In this document: positions 26,001 to 40,100 of the stretch, one piece after another
Layout of the letters: the number at the start of each line of letters is the position of its first letter
How positions within the stretch are numbered: the first letter of the stretch is position 1
DNA from: Phoronis australis
Taxonomy: Eukaryota; Animalia; Phoronida
Direction of reading: 5' to 3'
DNA: 64,000 bases
Assembly: GCA_002633005.1 (NCBI GenBank)
Contig: NMRA01000011.1
Location: forward strand, 1,193,513 to 1,257,512
Position numbers and translations under genes: made by a program
Notes under the pieces: model-generated
Seen by the model: the letters and a program-made list of their open reading frames with translations, nothing else
Database searches by the model: none
What the model was told of the DNA's origin: nothing

Positions 26001-29000
26001 CGACTACGCCACGTTTGTTTTCGAGCTTTTGGCTTACAATCTAACCTCTGTCATGTGTGCCTGACAAAGAAAAGTTGCTAATTATCTACTAATGTGCTTG
26101 ATTGGCTTTGTTTTTAAACACAATCATTGTGCTTCACGTCGAAGGTAACACATTGTAAACTAATACGACAGAAGTGGGGGGAGACGACACCTCAAGGACA
26201 AAAGGCAAAAATCGTGACTATTTTTACATTACAAAAATTTGTGTTAACGGCCTTTGGTTCGTAAGTGGTGAGATGGGTGGCGTTGCTGAATATGCGCTAA
26301 TCAGAAACATTGTTTTTTGTTTCAAACGGAGTTACTGCTTTTTGAATGACGAGTCATATAAACTATAACACTACCAAAATAGTTGAGGTAAAACGTCAAG
26401 GTGTTAAGTTCAAAACTTATTGCAATTGTTGACCACGTAATCCATACGTAAACTCATAGTCGGCTTATCTCAAATATCAACGCTTTTGTGAGCTTCTAGT
26501 TGCTTATTACGCACAGTTTGTTTTACTCCTTTCTGCCGTGGCTTTGCAAACCTTTAACAGCATGAACATTTTGCTTTTCCAGTGGCATTTAGAACAAAAG
26601 TTGTCACCACAATACACAAAACATTGTTTTATTGGAAAGCAATGTGACTCACGATTTACAGAGACACTATCGTTTTTCATGATTGACATTTTTGGTATTA
26701 TTGTTGGATGGGATAGACTTAAAAGATATTAGATTTGACCAGCGCTATAAAACAATAAAATCTTGCTACCTTTCTTGTTGAAGTGACAATAGTTCACCAC
26801 AGGAATATTTGGTTGCCACGGAAATGTGTTTGACAATGGTTGCATAACCTTTCAACTACCAAACTAAAAGACTGACACAAGCATATCAGTTCACTAAGAG
26901 ATGTTGTGCATTTTCTCAAGATCTCATGTGAAAAAACAAACGCCAGGAAAAGAAAATGCCACAATAAGCTATGTTAAAGATATTATACTGTCCTGTGTTT
27001 GTTACAACGAATACAATTATATAGAAAAGCTCAAGAACATTCCATATTTGTGGAAACAAACATTCTCTGTTCAAACCAATCAAGCAAAGCTTCACTTATT
27101 GTATTTTTATCATATGAAAACACAACTCTCAGAACACTTAAGAAGGTATGCTTAAATTTGAACTTCAATATCCTACCGTACTTTCAAGAGAATTGCCAAG
27201 TTGTGCACAACACTTTTAATCCTCATGTGTATTTAACTAGGTGGGCCACAAGTGCATAAAAGTCATCTTTGTTTCATAAGACACAACTGCTTGTCATTTT
27301 GTGTCATTAGAAGCAGTTTAGTTTAAGTGATAAAATGTGCTGCTTGCTGCATTATATAACCAACATGTTTTACAGATGACAGTACCTTCTAATTGGTCCA
27401 TCCCTCAGCCTGTTCCCCAAACCTTATCCAATAACAAAGTAAACACCTTGGAAATGTCCAAAAAGCGCAATTCTAACTTCAGGAGCCATAAGGCTGCTTT
27501 TTTGCCTTGGAAACTTCTTTAATTTAAAATTTATCCACTGGAATGCTCACTAACAAGTTCATACAATAGAAAATAAGATGTAATATTTACTCCACACAGT
27601 AACTTGTCTTTTGGAAAAGAGCTTTAGGCTTGTTTACACTTAAAGTATTCTACAATGGCTCCATTGATCTTTCATTTATTACAGGTGTAATTTCTTCTAC
27701 ACAAAAACTCTGATATTGTAAATTACAAAATCAATGCCTTCTAAAAGACGCAGCAGTACACTCGGCAGTGGATGTCAGTATATATAAGCAATTTTTGCAG
27801 CTTTTCATTTCAGTGCTCCCCTGATCAATCTGTGCCTATCTAGTCTGGTGGTGCATTTTTAACCAGGACATTGCCAGACATTTCAGGGGGAGCTGGAATA
27901 ATTAGCCATGACAAGTACCAATGAAGACAATCATTACAATTAGCCAAGCAAGGGAATGTAAAATTGATCAGTTGTGATGTCTTCTCTGGTAATTGATAAT
28001 ATCCATCCGCTTCTCAACACCTCCCCCAGAACTGACATGACATGTTCACAGTAATTAAGACACTTGATCACATGACCTCCCATAATGCAAAAGCAGTTGA
28101 ATAGCACTTGAGAAGTATAGTGTTAATTTTTGGGGCCAAAGCAACCACTGAACCAACTAGCTGAGGTTTTCCTTCAGAAGCACCAATGCCAGATCAGTTT
28201 TATATTTTTAGACCATTTGGACATTTGAGGCAAACTTAATACAAACCAAAGAATGGTACCTATAATCATTACAAGAATGTAATTTTTAACATTGTCAAGA
28301 TCTTCATAGGCATGGCACATCCTATTCAATGGGTGATACAACATAGATTATCCAGATATTGTTATAATTTTTACCACACAATTTGAATATCCCAAACATC
28401 ATCAATATAAGATGCACGTGATGCAAGACACCAGAAAAATTGAAGACGCAACAGCTTCCCTGGAACCTCATCCAACATGAGACGACCTATTGGTACTTGT
28501 CATTGCACTAACAGAATTCAAACAAACACAATTTTCTTCTTCATTAAGCGACCAATATTTGCCAACTATCCCACATTTTGTAACTGTCCTGCTTTCTGAA
28601 GGACTGTTCTGCGTCCAGGATTTGCATCAGATGTCCCACTTTTTGACACACACGATATTGTCCACATACTTGCATCGTCATAATAATAACTTCGACTTGG
28701 CCATTTCAATGCTATTTCTATTTACCCTTTCATAGGCAGAATTAAGAAGATAGCAAGTATACAAAAACAGAAGCACCACTTTTCATTTTGGAATGTTGAC
28801 AACTATTGTGTATGGGAGTTCTTCATTCACTCATCGGCAGTTCAGTCATTCCGACTGTGGTGCATCATGGGAGTTCTTCATTCACTAATCGTTTGCCCAG
28901 TCATTCAACATTCTACTTCCTGCCTACCACAGAAACCAAAACAACGTTGGTTTGACTTGTGCAGACAAAATAGTCAGTATGATACAGACAGTTTGGTTGA

Positions 29001-32000
29001 CGCACAGTTGGTGACATTCGATTCCCACCACTCAGCCCTCAAAAGTGATTCAACCTAGAAAAAGAAAACAGTGTAATTAAAGACCACTTTGCACCAACAG
29101 TGTGCTTGGGTGTTCAACTAAATGAAACTAAAACTTGGTGCTTAGAAGAGAAACTTGAGAAAATAAACAGACTTCTATTAAACACCAGGGAAACAGAGTA
29201 TACTACAAAGTATGGGTGAGGAAGGTGTGTAAAATGTAGATAAACATGAGAAGAAATGCCATGAGATTAGAGAAATATCTGATCATAGGAAATTTTAAAA
29301 GAAAATGAAGGCAAACCCAAGCAGAAGCAGCATGCATGCCCTCTAGTGTAGATGAAGCCATGAGGGGAACAGTCTTCAGATCATTCATAAGTGACAACTT
29401 TATCCTCACACAAGTGCAGAAGGTTTCATCGGCTGAGAAAATGCGATTAGTTTTAAAAAAACAACAGCTTCAGGCATTTGGTAGAGCAGCAAACGACAGC
29501 CCAACACACGTTGTGGCCAGCAACGACAAGCTGTTTTGGACTTGTTGAAACGCTGCGCTGTGCAACACAAGGTCAAACTAAGGTGACTTGTGTTCTCCAT
29601 TCACTGCTTGCTACTAGTTGTAACAGATCAAGTGCTTTAACCAATACAAGTAACAGTGAAATAGTACATTTTAAACCAAACATGAAATTCATAGATATGA
29701 ATCACATGTTGTATTAAGAAACTTGCTTATCATTATATGTTAAGGTAGATTACTACTACTACTACTACTACTACTATTACTACACTGCCTATCTTTAACT
29801 ACACACAATAGAAACAAGTCATTTATTGTTTAAGATCACAACAGTTTCAAGTCAACAACATCCAAGCAACAATTTAAAGAAAGGAAAAGTGCCCACATGA
29901 ATCAAAAATTCGATTTTCAGATGCTTGGTATTTTTCCTCACGGGATGAGAGTTAAATGCAACGAAGAAAAACTATGAAGCATAACTGGTTAATCCTCATC
30001 TTAATATTAACATTAATATTAACATTAATATTAACATTAACATTAAAATTAACAAAAGATTAATTCACTGTTGATTTTATTGATTTGTCTAACTCAATTG
30101 AAATTTCACACAATAGGCACTAAAGCTGTCAACAAGCTTTGAAGAAAAACCAGTTTAAAAAGCATATTTAAGACAATTCATTCCATGTGTTACTTTTTCT
30201 TTGGCTGCCATTAATTTACAAACACCGTGTTCACTGCAATGTGGAATTCAGAAAGTAGGCAAAAGCCAGTTGTTGTTTTTCCTAACATTTCTATGGCACG
30301 CTTTGCTGCTTATGCTTATCAACTCTTTGCTTCCACTTTGTCATAGCTGTGTTCTCTACCTTTTCTTTACAGCTTGTAACTGTAACCTCCATGCCAAAAA
30401 CTGCCGTTTTAACATGGAGCTTTACAAACTATCGGGACACAAGAGTGGAGGAGTTTGTCTCAACTGCCGGCACAATACCGCCGGTCGAAACTGTCATTAT
30501 TGTAAGGAAGGATTCTATAGGGATCAAACCAAACCCATCACCCACCGCAAGGCATGCAAAGGTAGGTGGGGCCAGAGTAGTCCGTCTTACATGTACCTTG
30601 TCCTTGCAGCATGTACGTGCAACCTTCATGCCCGACGTTGTCGCTTTAACAGCGAGTTGTACTCACTGTCAGGACAGCTCAGCGGAGGTGTCTGCATTGG
30701 CTGTAAGCACCATACCGCAGGCAGGTATTGCCACTACTGTCAAGAGGGGTTTTACCGTGACCTTAAAAAACCCATATCACATCGCAAGGCATGCAAAGGT
30801 AGGCAAAGAGTAAGTCACGTGGCAGGTACATGAAAGGAATGTGCAGGTGAATAATAGCACCACACAACTAGGACATCTTTGCTCTGAAAGTCCATTAGCC
30901 ATCAAGTGTACAGGTTCCAAGGTTTATTAGGTGGAAAATGTCACAAAATATGAAATTACTCCAGTCAAGAGGCTTAGCATTTTGAACTTTGATGAGAACT
31001 CTAATCAGTCTGAAGGTTCGTTAATCTTTTGGTCTACGGGTAGGAAGGTCATTAGTCTGATTTTTGGGCATTTGGACCAGGGGGCGCATCAAAACAAATT
31101 AAGGACTTTCAGTTCAATACACGCTATGAGCAGCCGGGAATAGGACAAAATGAGTGCTGGAGAGACAGGGCCAGCAAGGAAAAGGTCAACATCCATTAGT
31201 TTTTTTGTGAAGATCTGAATCAATTTCACACAGAAGGAATGTGTGTGTGAGTGTGTGTGTTTATGTGTCTCCCTGGTAGAAAGTGGGTGGGAACGTCTAG
31301 GTCAGAGGGGATGTTGTGATGTAGGAAGTGAAAGTATTTAGAAATCGAGCATCATGTTGTCAAAGTTGGGTGCACACATCAACAGTATGGTAAGAGGCAA
31401 CTTGTGTGTGAGATCACCAGCGTTTATTGTGTAACCAGATGAAGGTGTTGAGGTGGTCTTCTTCATTTTTCTAGTTCCAGCACCATTAAAACACAGGGGC
31501 TCACTGCTGGAACACTACAAGTTTCCAACAGCTGTTTTCCATTTTGAATTACAAGACTGATCTGTGTTTATATTGTGTAGGACACTTCTGTCTGCGAAAA
31601 ATGTTCACTCCACTGTAGACAAGTGATGTCAGAAGCTTAGGAGACCATGTGACTCACATACTTAGGAGAATCTTATGATGAAACTTGCTGCTTTCACCCC
31701 TTGATGAACTCAGTATTCATTGACACGTACTGCTATGAAATTGGTCTTGACTTGATCCTTATTCAGATGAGAAGTGATTACTCGGTTTGCAAAAAGCTGA
31801 CAGTTGATTATTCCTAGAGATGTTGCTTGGCGCACATCAGGCCCCACATGGCATTTCCCAACTGGTAGCTATAAATGCTTCTTACCAGTGGAGATTACAA
31901 AAGGCAACTTACCACCTGCCCTGGACTTTTATGACGGACTTTTTTCTTTTGGGCCAGGAACAAAAATGAGTCTCGATCACACCACTGCGTGTTTTTGGCC

Positions 32001-35000
32001 AACAGTCTTTCCCACCCATTTTAGACACTGCGGACTATAAAAACTAAATCCGTAACTGGAAATTGAATTTGTTCGTCATTCAAATGTCAAAAATCAGTTA
32101 CGTTTAACTGAAGAAGAAAGAAATCGTAACTGCTGTCATCCAAAGAATGCAGTGAAGAGGTGGGGGAGTGCATCATACCAACTTGTAAGAGTCTGATCTA
32201 GAGCAGTCACAGATTGCCAGTTCCTTCCACCCCTGAAATCATCCAGACCAATTTCATGAAATTAAGTGGGCTACATCAAAAGTTGATGTTTATAATAAAA
32301 GCTGGATTTACAGTCCCACTGTCCTAGAAGCGTAATACTTGACATATACAGTTCCCACTGTCCTAGAAGCGTAATACTTGACATATACAGTTCCCACTGT
32401 GCTAGAATCGTAATACTTGACATATACAGTTTCCACTGTCCTAGAAGCGAAATACTTGACATATACTATATATAATAGACATTATAGATGTTATGTTATG
32501 AACGTTTGCATTAAGTTTTCAGACATCTTCGTAGCAAAAGTAGATAAGGAAGGATTTAAATCCCATGGTATTTTTAATACCTGTTAAGGTAATTAAGGGC
32601 TATTCACTCATTTCAAAGTGGCCACCGTAAGAGTAAAAACACTTGGAATAGTTAACTTTCTTCAAATACCGCTTGTATCACCAATGACCACTGAGTGTCA
32701 TCGTTATCTATAAAGAAATGGCATTGATCATGATTTATTTATTTAAAGGTAAATCCAACTTATTATAGTCTTATAATAATGATTCTGAATAAGTGAGACA
32801 TGAAGTCATTGCACAGTCTGCAAGGTCATGCTGTCAATTACCTTACCAAAAATTAACTAAATTACTGAAGTACTGCATGTACACAGCCTGAAGGATTAAT
32901 CAGCATTAATAGAATGAAATGACTAACGAGGTTAAGTCATTATGTCAAAGCTGTATGTCAATTTATGAACACAAATGAATCCTGTTAACAAGTGTATGTT
33001 TGGACTATGTATAAAAGTAGTATACTGCTCACTGAGTCTAACTTTGTTGCAATCTAAATGAATGTAATCAATATCCTAAAACATGGTTAGGTTTGTTTTT
33101 AAAACAACTGTTATGACTCCATTTGACAAGGCCATGAATAACAATCTGCCAAAGAAAAAAGCCACAATCATGTAGACTGTATTCTACAATGCATTCTGGA
33201 TTACTCATGTATATTATGTGATAATCTCATTGAGGAAATATTTCGGGAGATAAGTTAGCATATTTCAGGAATTTACAGCAAAATTCCATTATTTTCTGAC
33301 ATGTATACACATCACACCGAAACACAACAGATATGTTTCCCAGCTAAAATCCTTAAAAGCATGTTTCTCTGCTTGGAACGAGTTTTTGAAAAAGCCTCCC
33401 ATGCCATCAATGGACAGGAAGCAATGCGTATGTCATATGCACAAGAAAGGAAATTTCTCCATCACTTGAGGATTCAGATCCAACTTGGGTTAACTAAAAT
33501 GCAGCAAAGTCGACCACTGACTAAAATTGGCCACTGTTGAATGAAGTTTTCTACCTTTTAAATTTACTGAAAATATTGGATGTTAAATCTGGCACTTGCA
33601 TGTGAGTAATGAACACACGTGCTCATTTTATTCAAAAAGTAAGTTGTCCCCTTCCTGCCACAGCCCAGACACCTTTAATTAATCGCACCTTTCTGGCCTT
33701 GGTTTCAATAGAAGTACTTATGGAGAACATCTTGAGTGAAGATGATGTCACCAACTGATGGATGGACATGTCAGGGAGATCATGTTAACTGTCTGGGTTG
33801 ATAAATTATGGGTGATTGAGAACATTGAAGTATGGGTCCTTAAGTAATTAATGTTCTGTGACGACATACAAAGAAAGCAATTCTTGCATGATAGAGTCAA
33901 CATACCTGCCTTTGATCACTGCTTTGTCATGTTCAAGTTTGGGATACCAAAGTATCAACAAGTAAGAAATAATTTAAGCTTTCAAATTTAAATACGCATT
34001 ATGTAATAAAACCTGCATGTATCATTTATTGTGATCCTTTGCTCACCACGCAAAAAATACAAAAATTGCAGATAAATTTGACAACTACCAACCATCAAGT
34101 AAATAACGCCTATGTTTCAGAAAGAGAAAAATAAAATTTCGGCGATTTGATATCACGAGACTAAGTATTACCAGAACAACCTACCAGTGGTTATGAAATG
34201 GTAACTTCCACTCAAATGCGAACAATTTTGGAACCACAAAAGTTGAGTCAGTGAGAGGCCTGTACTGTACAACCAAAGAATTCGAGTTTGCCTGGAGTCA
34301 ATTTCTCTGCCCAGGCGGTGCGCACACCTCCACCTTGCTGTAAACACTTCCATGTTGTTAAATTGATGCACCCAAACAAACACTGGGTCAGTGATGGCAT
34401 GTTGACATTGACCAGATACATCAGGATCCATGGTGTACAGAAACACCTGCATGGAAGGTTTGTCCAGACCTGGCTTATGTCTACCACCAAAATACTGGTT
34501 CAATTATATGGTTGGCTGGGAAATTTGGTATTGGAACAGGATGGGTACAGGGTTTTGGAAGCCTATATAAATGCCCTAACTTTGTCATAGATTGATCTTG
34601 TCCAATAATCACCAGTGGAGGCAGAAACTGTCACCTGCTGACGTCACATAAAAACATAGAATCAGATGAGAATATGTATGATAGGCTGTTAATGGTGACA
34701 GGGATGGTGCTGTTAACACCTGAATGTGCAAGACTGCTGTCAAAATGTACATCTGGTTAATGTCTGTTCATAGTTGCTGCTAATGCAAGTTCACCTGCTC
34801 ATTTCCCTGTGAATTACTACAGACACTTGTATGATGGTCAATAATTTGATCATTTCTACAAATAAATTGATATCAGACAAATAATAAAATTTTTATCTAG
34901 GTTACACCACACAAATTAAAAGTTTCACAAAAAGATGACCAATTCTTGATTTGTTAGGTTACTTGTTGCTTCACAAGCCAATAAATACCCTGGACATAGA

Positions 35001-37110
35001 CTAAAATAATGCTATTATATTGAAACAGTTCATGTCTACAAGTTTTTATTGCCTTTTTAAAAGTAAAATTGAAGCATCTAGTGTAGTCCAGAATAACATT
35101 TTTGAGTATGAATTTAGAATTACGTCATTAATTTGTGATTTTTTTTCAAGGGAACAAGATAGATGAGTATGGCCAAAATCTAGGACACAGCATGGCCCAC
35201 AAATGAAATATTTGACCATTTTTCCATGCAGCATATGCAGCACTTAATTAAATGATGTTTCATGTTCAAGTTTTGTACCACAGTTACTACTACACAAAGT
35301 TTTTAGAAGTTGGGAACATTTGCAACATTAGAGACCCTTCAAAATGAAAGAAAGGTCATTTTGGCAATTGTTTTTGTATGGAATTGGTGAAATTTTACAG
35401 AAGTTATTTTTAGCCATTAGTTGTGGATGGCGATGCTTTTTTGCTAAAGGTATATATGCACCGTTCTACTTGGACATTCACAACAATATCAGAAGCCCTT
35501 AAAATGAGAAAAATGATCATTTTGGCAATTATTTTTCATTCGTTATTGGTGACATTTTATCTCAATGTACCCAATTACTACATAATAACCTTATTACTAT
35601 ATATTCATCCAGGGCCTAAACTGGTGAATTTCAATAATAAAAGTCCTCAGCAACACAGCATGGCAGAAAAGTGAAATTTTATTTAATTAAATTTCACAAA
35701 TAACAAACTTCATGAATTTTTACTTGGTACAGTACATCTGTCCACTAACTACATTTGGTGAAATTTTCAGCAATATAACTACGAGAAATAGAAAAAAATG
35801 CAAATTTCAGCAATTATATTTGTCTCAAGTTTAAGATTTTATATGGTAGAGTTATAGTTATCTAGAAAGGGAATATGTTACATTGGAGTGTACACCCAGT
35901 CTGCCCTGCTTCAGCCTATTTTTATGTCTCAGTTTTTTAGATCCTTGCCGACACAAATGGATGAAACAGAAGGCAAAAAGGGTAGTTTATCTTAGTGTTA
36001 CCAAGGCTGGACACACATAAAGGGGAGCATTAGAAAAACTTTAGAACCATAGTTGCTAGAAATGCTCATTAAGAAGATGCCACCTGCGGATATTGTATTA
36101 ATTATGTGTCTGGCTATGAAATATAACTAGCAATAATAGTCATGTGGTTCTAATAGAATCATTCTCAACTCAGTAACTTCAAGAATGACAAATTTAGCCT
36201 ATGGTCTGTTCTCCTTTGGACAATGAGTCTTGCTTAGATAACATTATTGACTAGTTGTTAAAATGTAAGCAGTGTTTGCAATGAACATGCAGTTTGTGAC
36301 AAGTTAATGTTTGTTTTATGTTTGCAGCTCTGAGTGAAATCTGATAGCCAACAAATGGCTTTAATTACTGTCATAAAATAGAGAGTGAGATATCTAGCAT
36401 ATTTGAATGACAGTTACTAACAAATGCATGTGACAACTGTGCCTAGCCCATAAGCAGTTTTAAAGTAATTAGATGAACTCTTCGCTGAATGTCAGTCATA
36501 TATAAATCAGAACCTATTGAAATATCTACTGAGAATGAAAACAAATATGAAAGTTGCAAATGTTAAGTTGCCTGTCACAGCAAAGTTGATTACAATAGTT
36601 GGATATTGAAACATGGGAAGTTGTGAACAATTTTTTAAAACAATTCCAACCTATTGATTACGGTAAAAAATCTTCAGTTTGGGGCACAACATGGCAGACA
36701 GGTGAAATTTAATTTTGTCAAATTTCTCAAAAAATAACTTTTCAGGAAAAATTTGCTTATAGCATAGTTTGTATGGCGTAACTAATACCATACATTTGGA
36801 ATCATCTTGGACATTTGCAACAATGTGGTAATCCTCTGAAAAATAGAAATTTGGCAATTTTAGCAATTATTTTTGTCCCAAATTGAAGAATTTTTACCAT
36901 ACTTTCTAAAGATAAAACTAGAGCAGTCTTGTAAATATTGATGCAATGTCATGAGGGTCAGCCTGCTCAGAGAAAGACCGCTTCCCTTCCCCAGTTGCCC
37001 GCTGTCGCTCATGACTAAGACTTCCTAACAATAACTCTGTAGTGAGCCAGCCAACCGCACAAATCGCTGGGCTATACTGAATGCAAAAAAGCACCAGAAT
37101 ATTTACTACA

Positions 37111-37141
<31 letters not shown>

Positions 37142-40100
37142 TTATTATTTTAAGGATTCAATTGCTATAAAGTACAATAACAGTTGTACTTTCATGTTTT
37201 GTGAGCTGAAATCCAGATAAAAATGACATTCTTCAAAGCATGGATGCTGATAAGGATGTCTTAGTTGTATACAGGTGGATGACACCTTGGTCACTTAAGG
37301 GTGAAAATTTTCGGGGTGAGCAAAAAGCTAAGCATTGGTGTTAACTCAGGCGAGTACATACTTCTGTTTTACAGGGTGATTCTCCTAAAACAGGCCTCAA
37401 AATGTTCGTGCCATTTTTTTCCAATAAATGCAAGAACTTCAAATTTAGCCGACAGTCAATTTTAGGTATCGAGTTCATGATAGAGTTGAATGCCACAGCA
37501 GTTTTCCCCCGACGGTCCTTAAAGCACGAGAAGGCGTAAAGTAAAAATAATGTAAAGATGGCCTAGATGAGCTAACAAGACAGTCTAATTGAGACAATAG
37601 TTGCATTTCCATGTACTTTGATATCCCAGTAATTTACACCCGTAAAATCCAGGCGAAATTGGTGGTTCCCCAAGCTTTTCAGATTAAAATTTTAGTCAAA
37701 AACTGGGATTACTTCCACTTAATTTCACACAATCTTACAAGTGTTCAAGCACCTTTACAGTAGGTACAGGAAGGGATGTGCAACCTGCACTATGTAACAC
37801 ATCTGTGGTGCACAAAATCGAAACATTATCGCAAAATAGTGATATGTGTCCAACAATGATCCCAGTGCATGCTACAGCATTCGTTTGCAACATTGAGCAG
37901 GTTGATGCAAAGTTCCAGTTCCTAGCTAAGTAGAAAGCAAAAATTAGCAAAGGTTTATGGCCTGCTTCAGGAGAATCACCCTACCTTTTTATTTAAATTA
38001 ATAACCATACTAATAAAAATTAATAATAACATTGATTATTATAATTATTAAGATTTTCTATAACTACGACGATTACTACTACTACTATTACTACTATGAC
38101 TAGGAAATTGGACCCAATATCAGTGTTGACAGAAGTAAATGGACTGACTGACTAGACAGCTGTAGCAACCATCTAATTTTAAACAACACATCTCAGCTCA
38201 ATGGTATGGAGTGGAGATCACTTTACAGTAAATATATTGTGTACTCAAATCTGTAGCTTGTATTGGCTGTTGAGGAGAGGGTTGGGGATAAGCTGAACCC
38301 TTTTGTGGGTCTGATCTGTTTGCTCAACAGATGAGTAGGGGACACTATTGCTCTGTATATAATTCAGACACAGTTGCCAGTGCAGTTACTGCCAGTCTCT
38401 AAATGATTTCACACTAGAGGCGAGACTTCACTTTTAACGAAATTTTGGTAAGAGGGAAAGGTTAACCCCTGTAGTTCATCTGCAAGTGAAACATAACTGA
38501 AAATAGTAGGATTAAAAAGCAAAGCGATGGTACTCACTGAAACTGTGGTGTTGTGGGAAAGGTCAGAGCGAAACTTACGTCAAAGTTATCAGTAGAGGTT
38601 TCGGCATCAATATAGGATCACGCGAATGAGATAGATAACCTGCAGAACGTGTTCTTTGTTATTGAAAAGTCAGTTTATGCTGGTACATTTCAATTCATAA
38701 ATAAATAAAATACACATCAGATGAAGAATGACACTGATCATTTTTAAAAAAAACACTAGTAAATAGCAGGAGAACAATTTTCAATTAGCCTCGAGCCACC
38801 ATCCAATATTCGTTTGAGAGTATGAATGAACTGGGCCGTCTGGAATTTCTCTCCGATGACAGAATTGCCATAGAGTGATAACTTTAATTGATATCACTGT
38901 CTAGTAGGAAAGGTAATGGAAGTTTCGGGGAAGCTTCGTTTCGTTAAACTGAAGTTCCCCTAATGGGAAAGCACCATCAAGAATTGCTTTACGCCACATA
39001 CAACTGTAACTTCTCTTCAATTTTGCACAAAATTAGTAGTCATAATTGCACATTTTCCTTTAAAGGCCTATTTTATAGTTAAACACTAAAAATTGTACAT
39101 AATTCTTGCTCGAAGAAAGCTGCTCAGTACAGAAGATGCAGAAGTGAAGTACTTGTTTAAAAATAGTTTATTTTAATTGAAAATGTGACAAAACAGTTAA
39201 ACTTGTCTGCCATATTGTCAGCCATATTGCAAGTTTAGTTTAAGAGTGTTAGAGTTTAAAATTTGCAACTTCGGACCAGGGTAAGAAAAATGCAGATGCA
39301 AACTGGTGCACAACGAACACATGGAAATAGGGAATGCCAAAATTAAAAAGAACTTTTAAAGGGCTTCCAATTTCCAAACCTACAAATTGTTCTGTTATAG
39401 TGGCCTTATCAAAATTGGGAAACTACAGAATGAGATAGACACTAGCTAATATCAGGAAACATACTTCACACCCATTGAAAATATGTACAACAAAAACTAA
39501 GCAAATTTTAACTGCTGTGAGCACTGCCACATAAGTGTACACAGCAAGATAAATATTAGATAAGACCTAAAAAACATAGTTGGTTCTAGTCTCCTTCGCA
39601 ACTCATCTAGAGAATGCTCTCACTGACTAAAATGTCCGCCTGACAGTTTCAGCCAAGGTCTTTTTAAAAGGTGTTTTGGAAAGCTGCAAAATAAGCAAGA
39701 GCCAGCAAAGTTTGAAATTACATGATTTGCCAAGTGATGAGTACAAAACACAAATCCATAGTGTTTTGCTGGTCTTAGGTGGATTTTCTATTTTAAAATA
39801 CTGACCTACTAGAAAATACCAACTCAATTTTCAAGAAAACAAAGATCACAACCAAATGCTTTTCTGGCCTAATAGGTATTGTTAAATATATTGACATACA
39901 ACTGGACCAAAGTCTCTGTAGCTTGAGATTTTATATAGAAGATAACAAGAAACCAACAGTGACGGTCAAAAATTCAGAGTTTGCTTTCTTAAGTTGTTTT
40001 CACATTAAAGTTAGTCCACGCTAGTTCTCAGTCAGAACATAGGTTAATCAGCGTGATAATCTATCGTCACAAACTGTCACTTTTCTCACCTGACTGGACT

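Noticed and set aside
30201-30833. 210-aa ORF as a standalone gene with a signal-like N-terminus
   Set aside because: Starts at TTG; the hydrophobic stretch is the translated pyrimidine-rich intron end. The real content is exons 2A and 2B.
32309-32466. CRISPR-like repeat of ~39 bp
   Set aside because: No unique spacers, no cas genes and a eukaryotic context; a plain minisatellite.
35100-36920. Recurring ATTTTGGCAATTATTTT / GGTGAAATTTT fragments
   Set aside because: Too degenerate to delimit; probably remnants of an old repeat.
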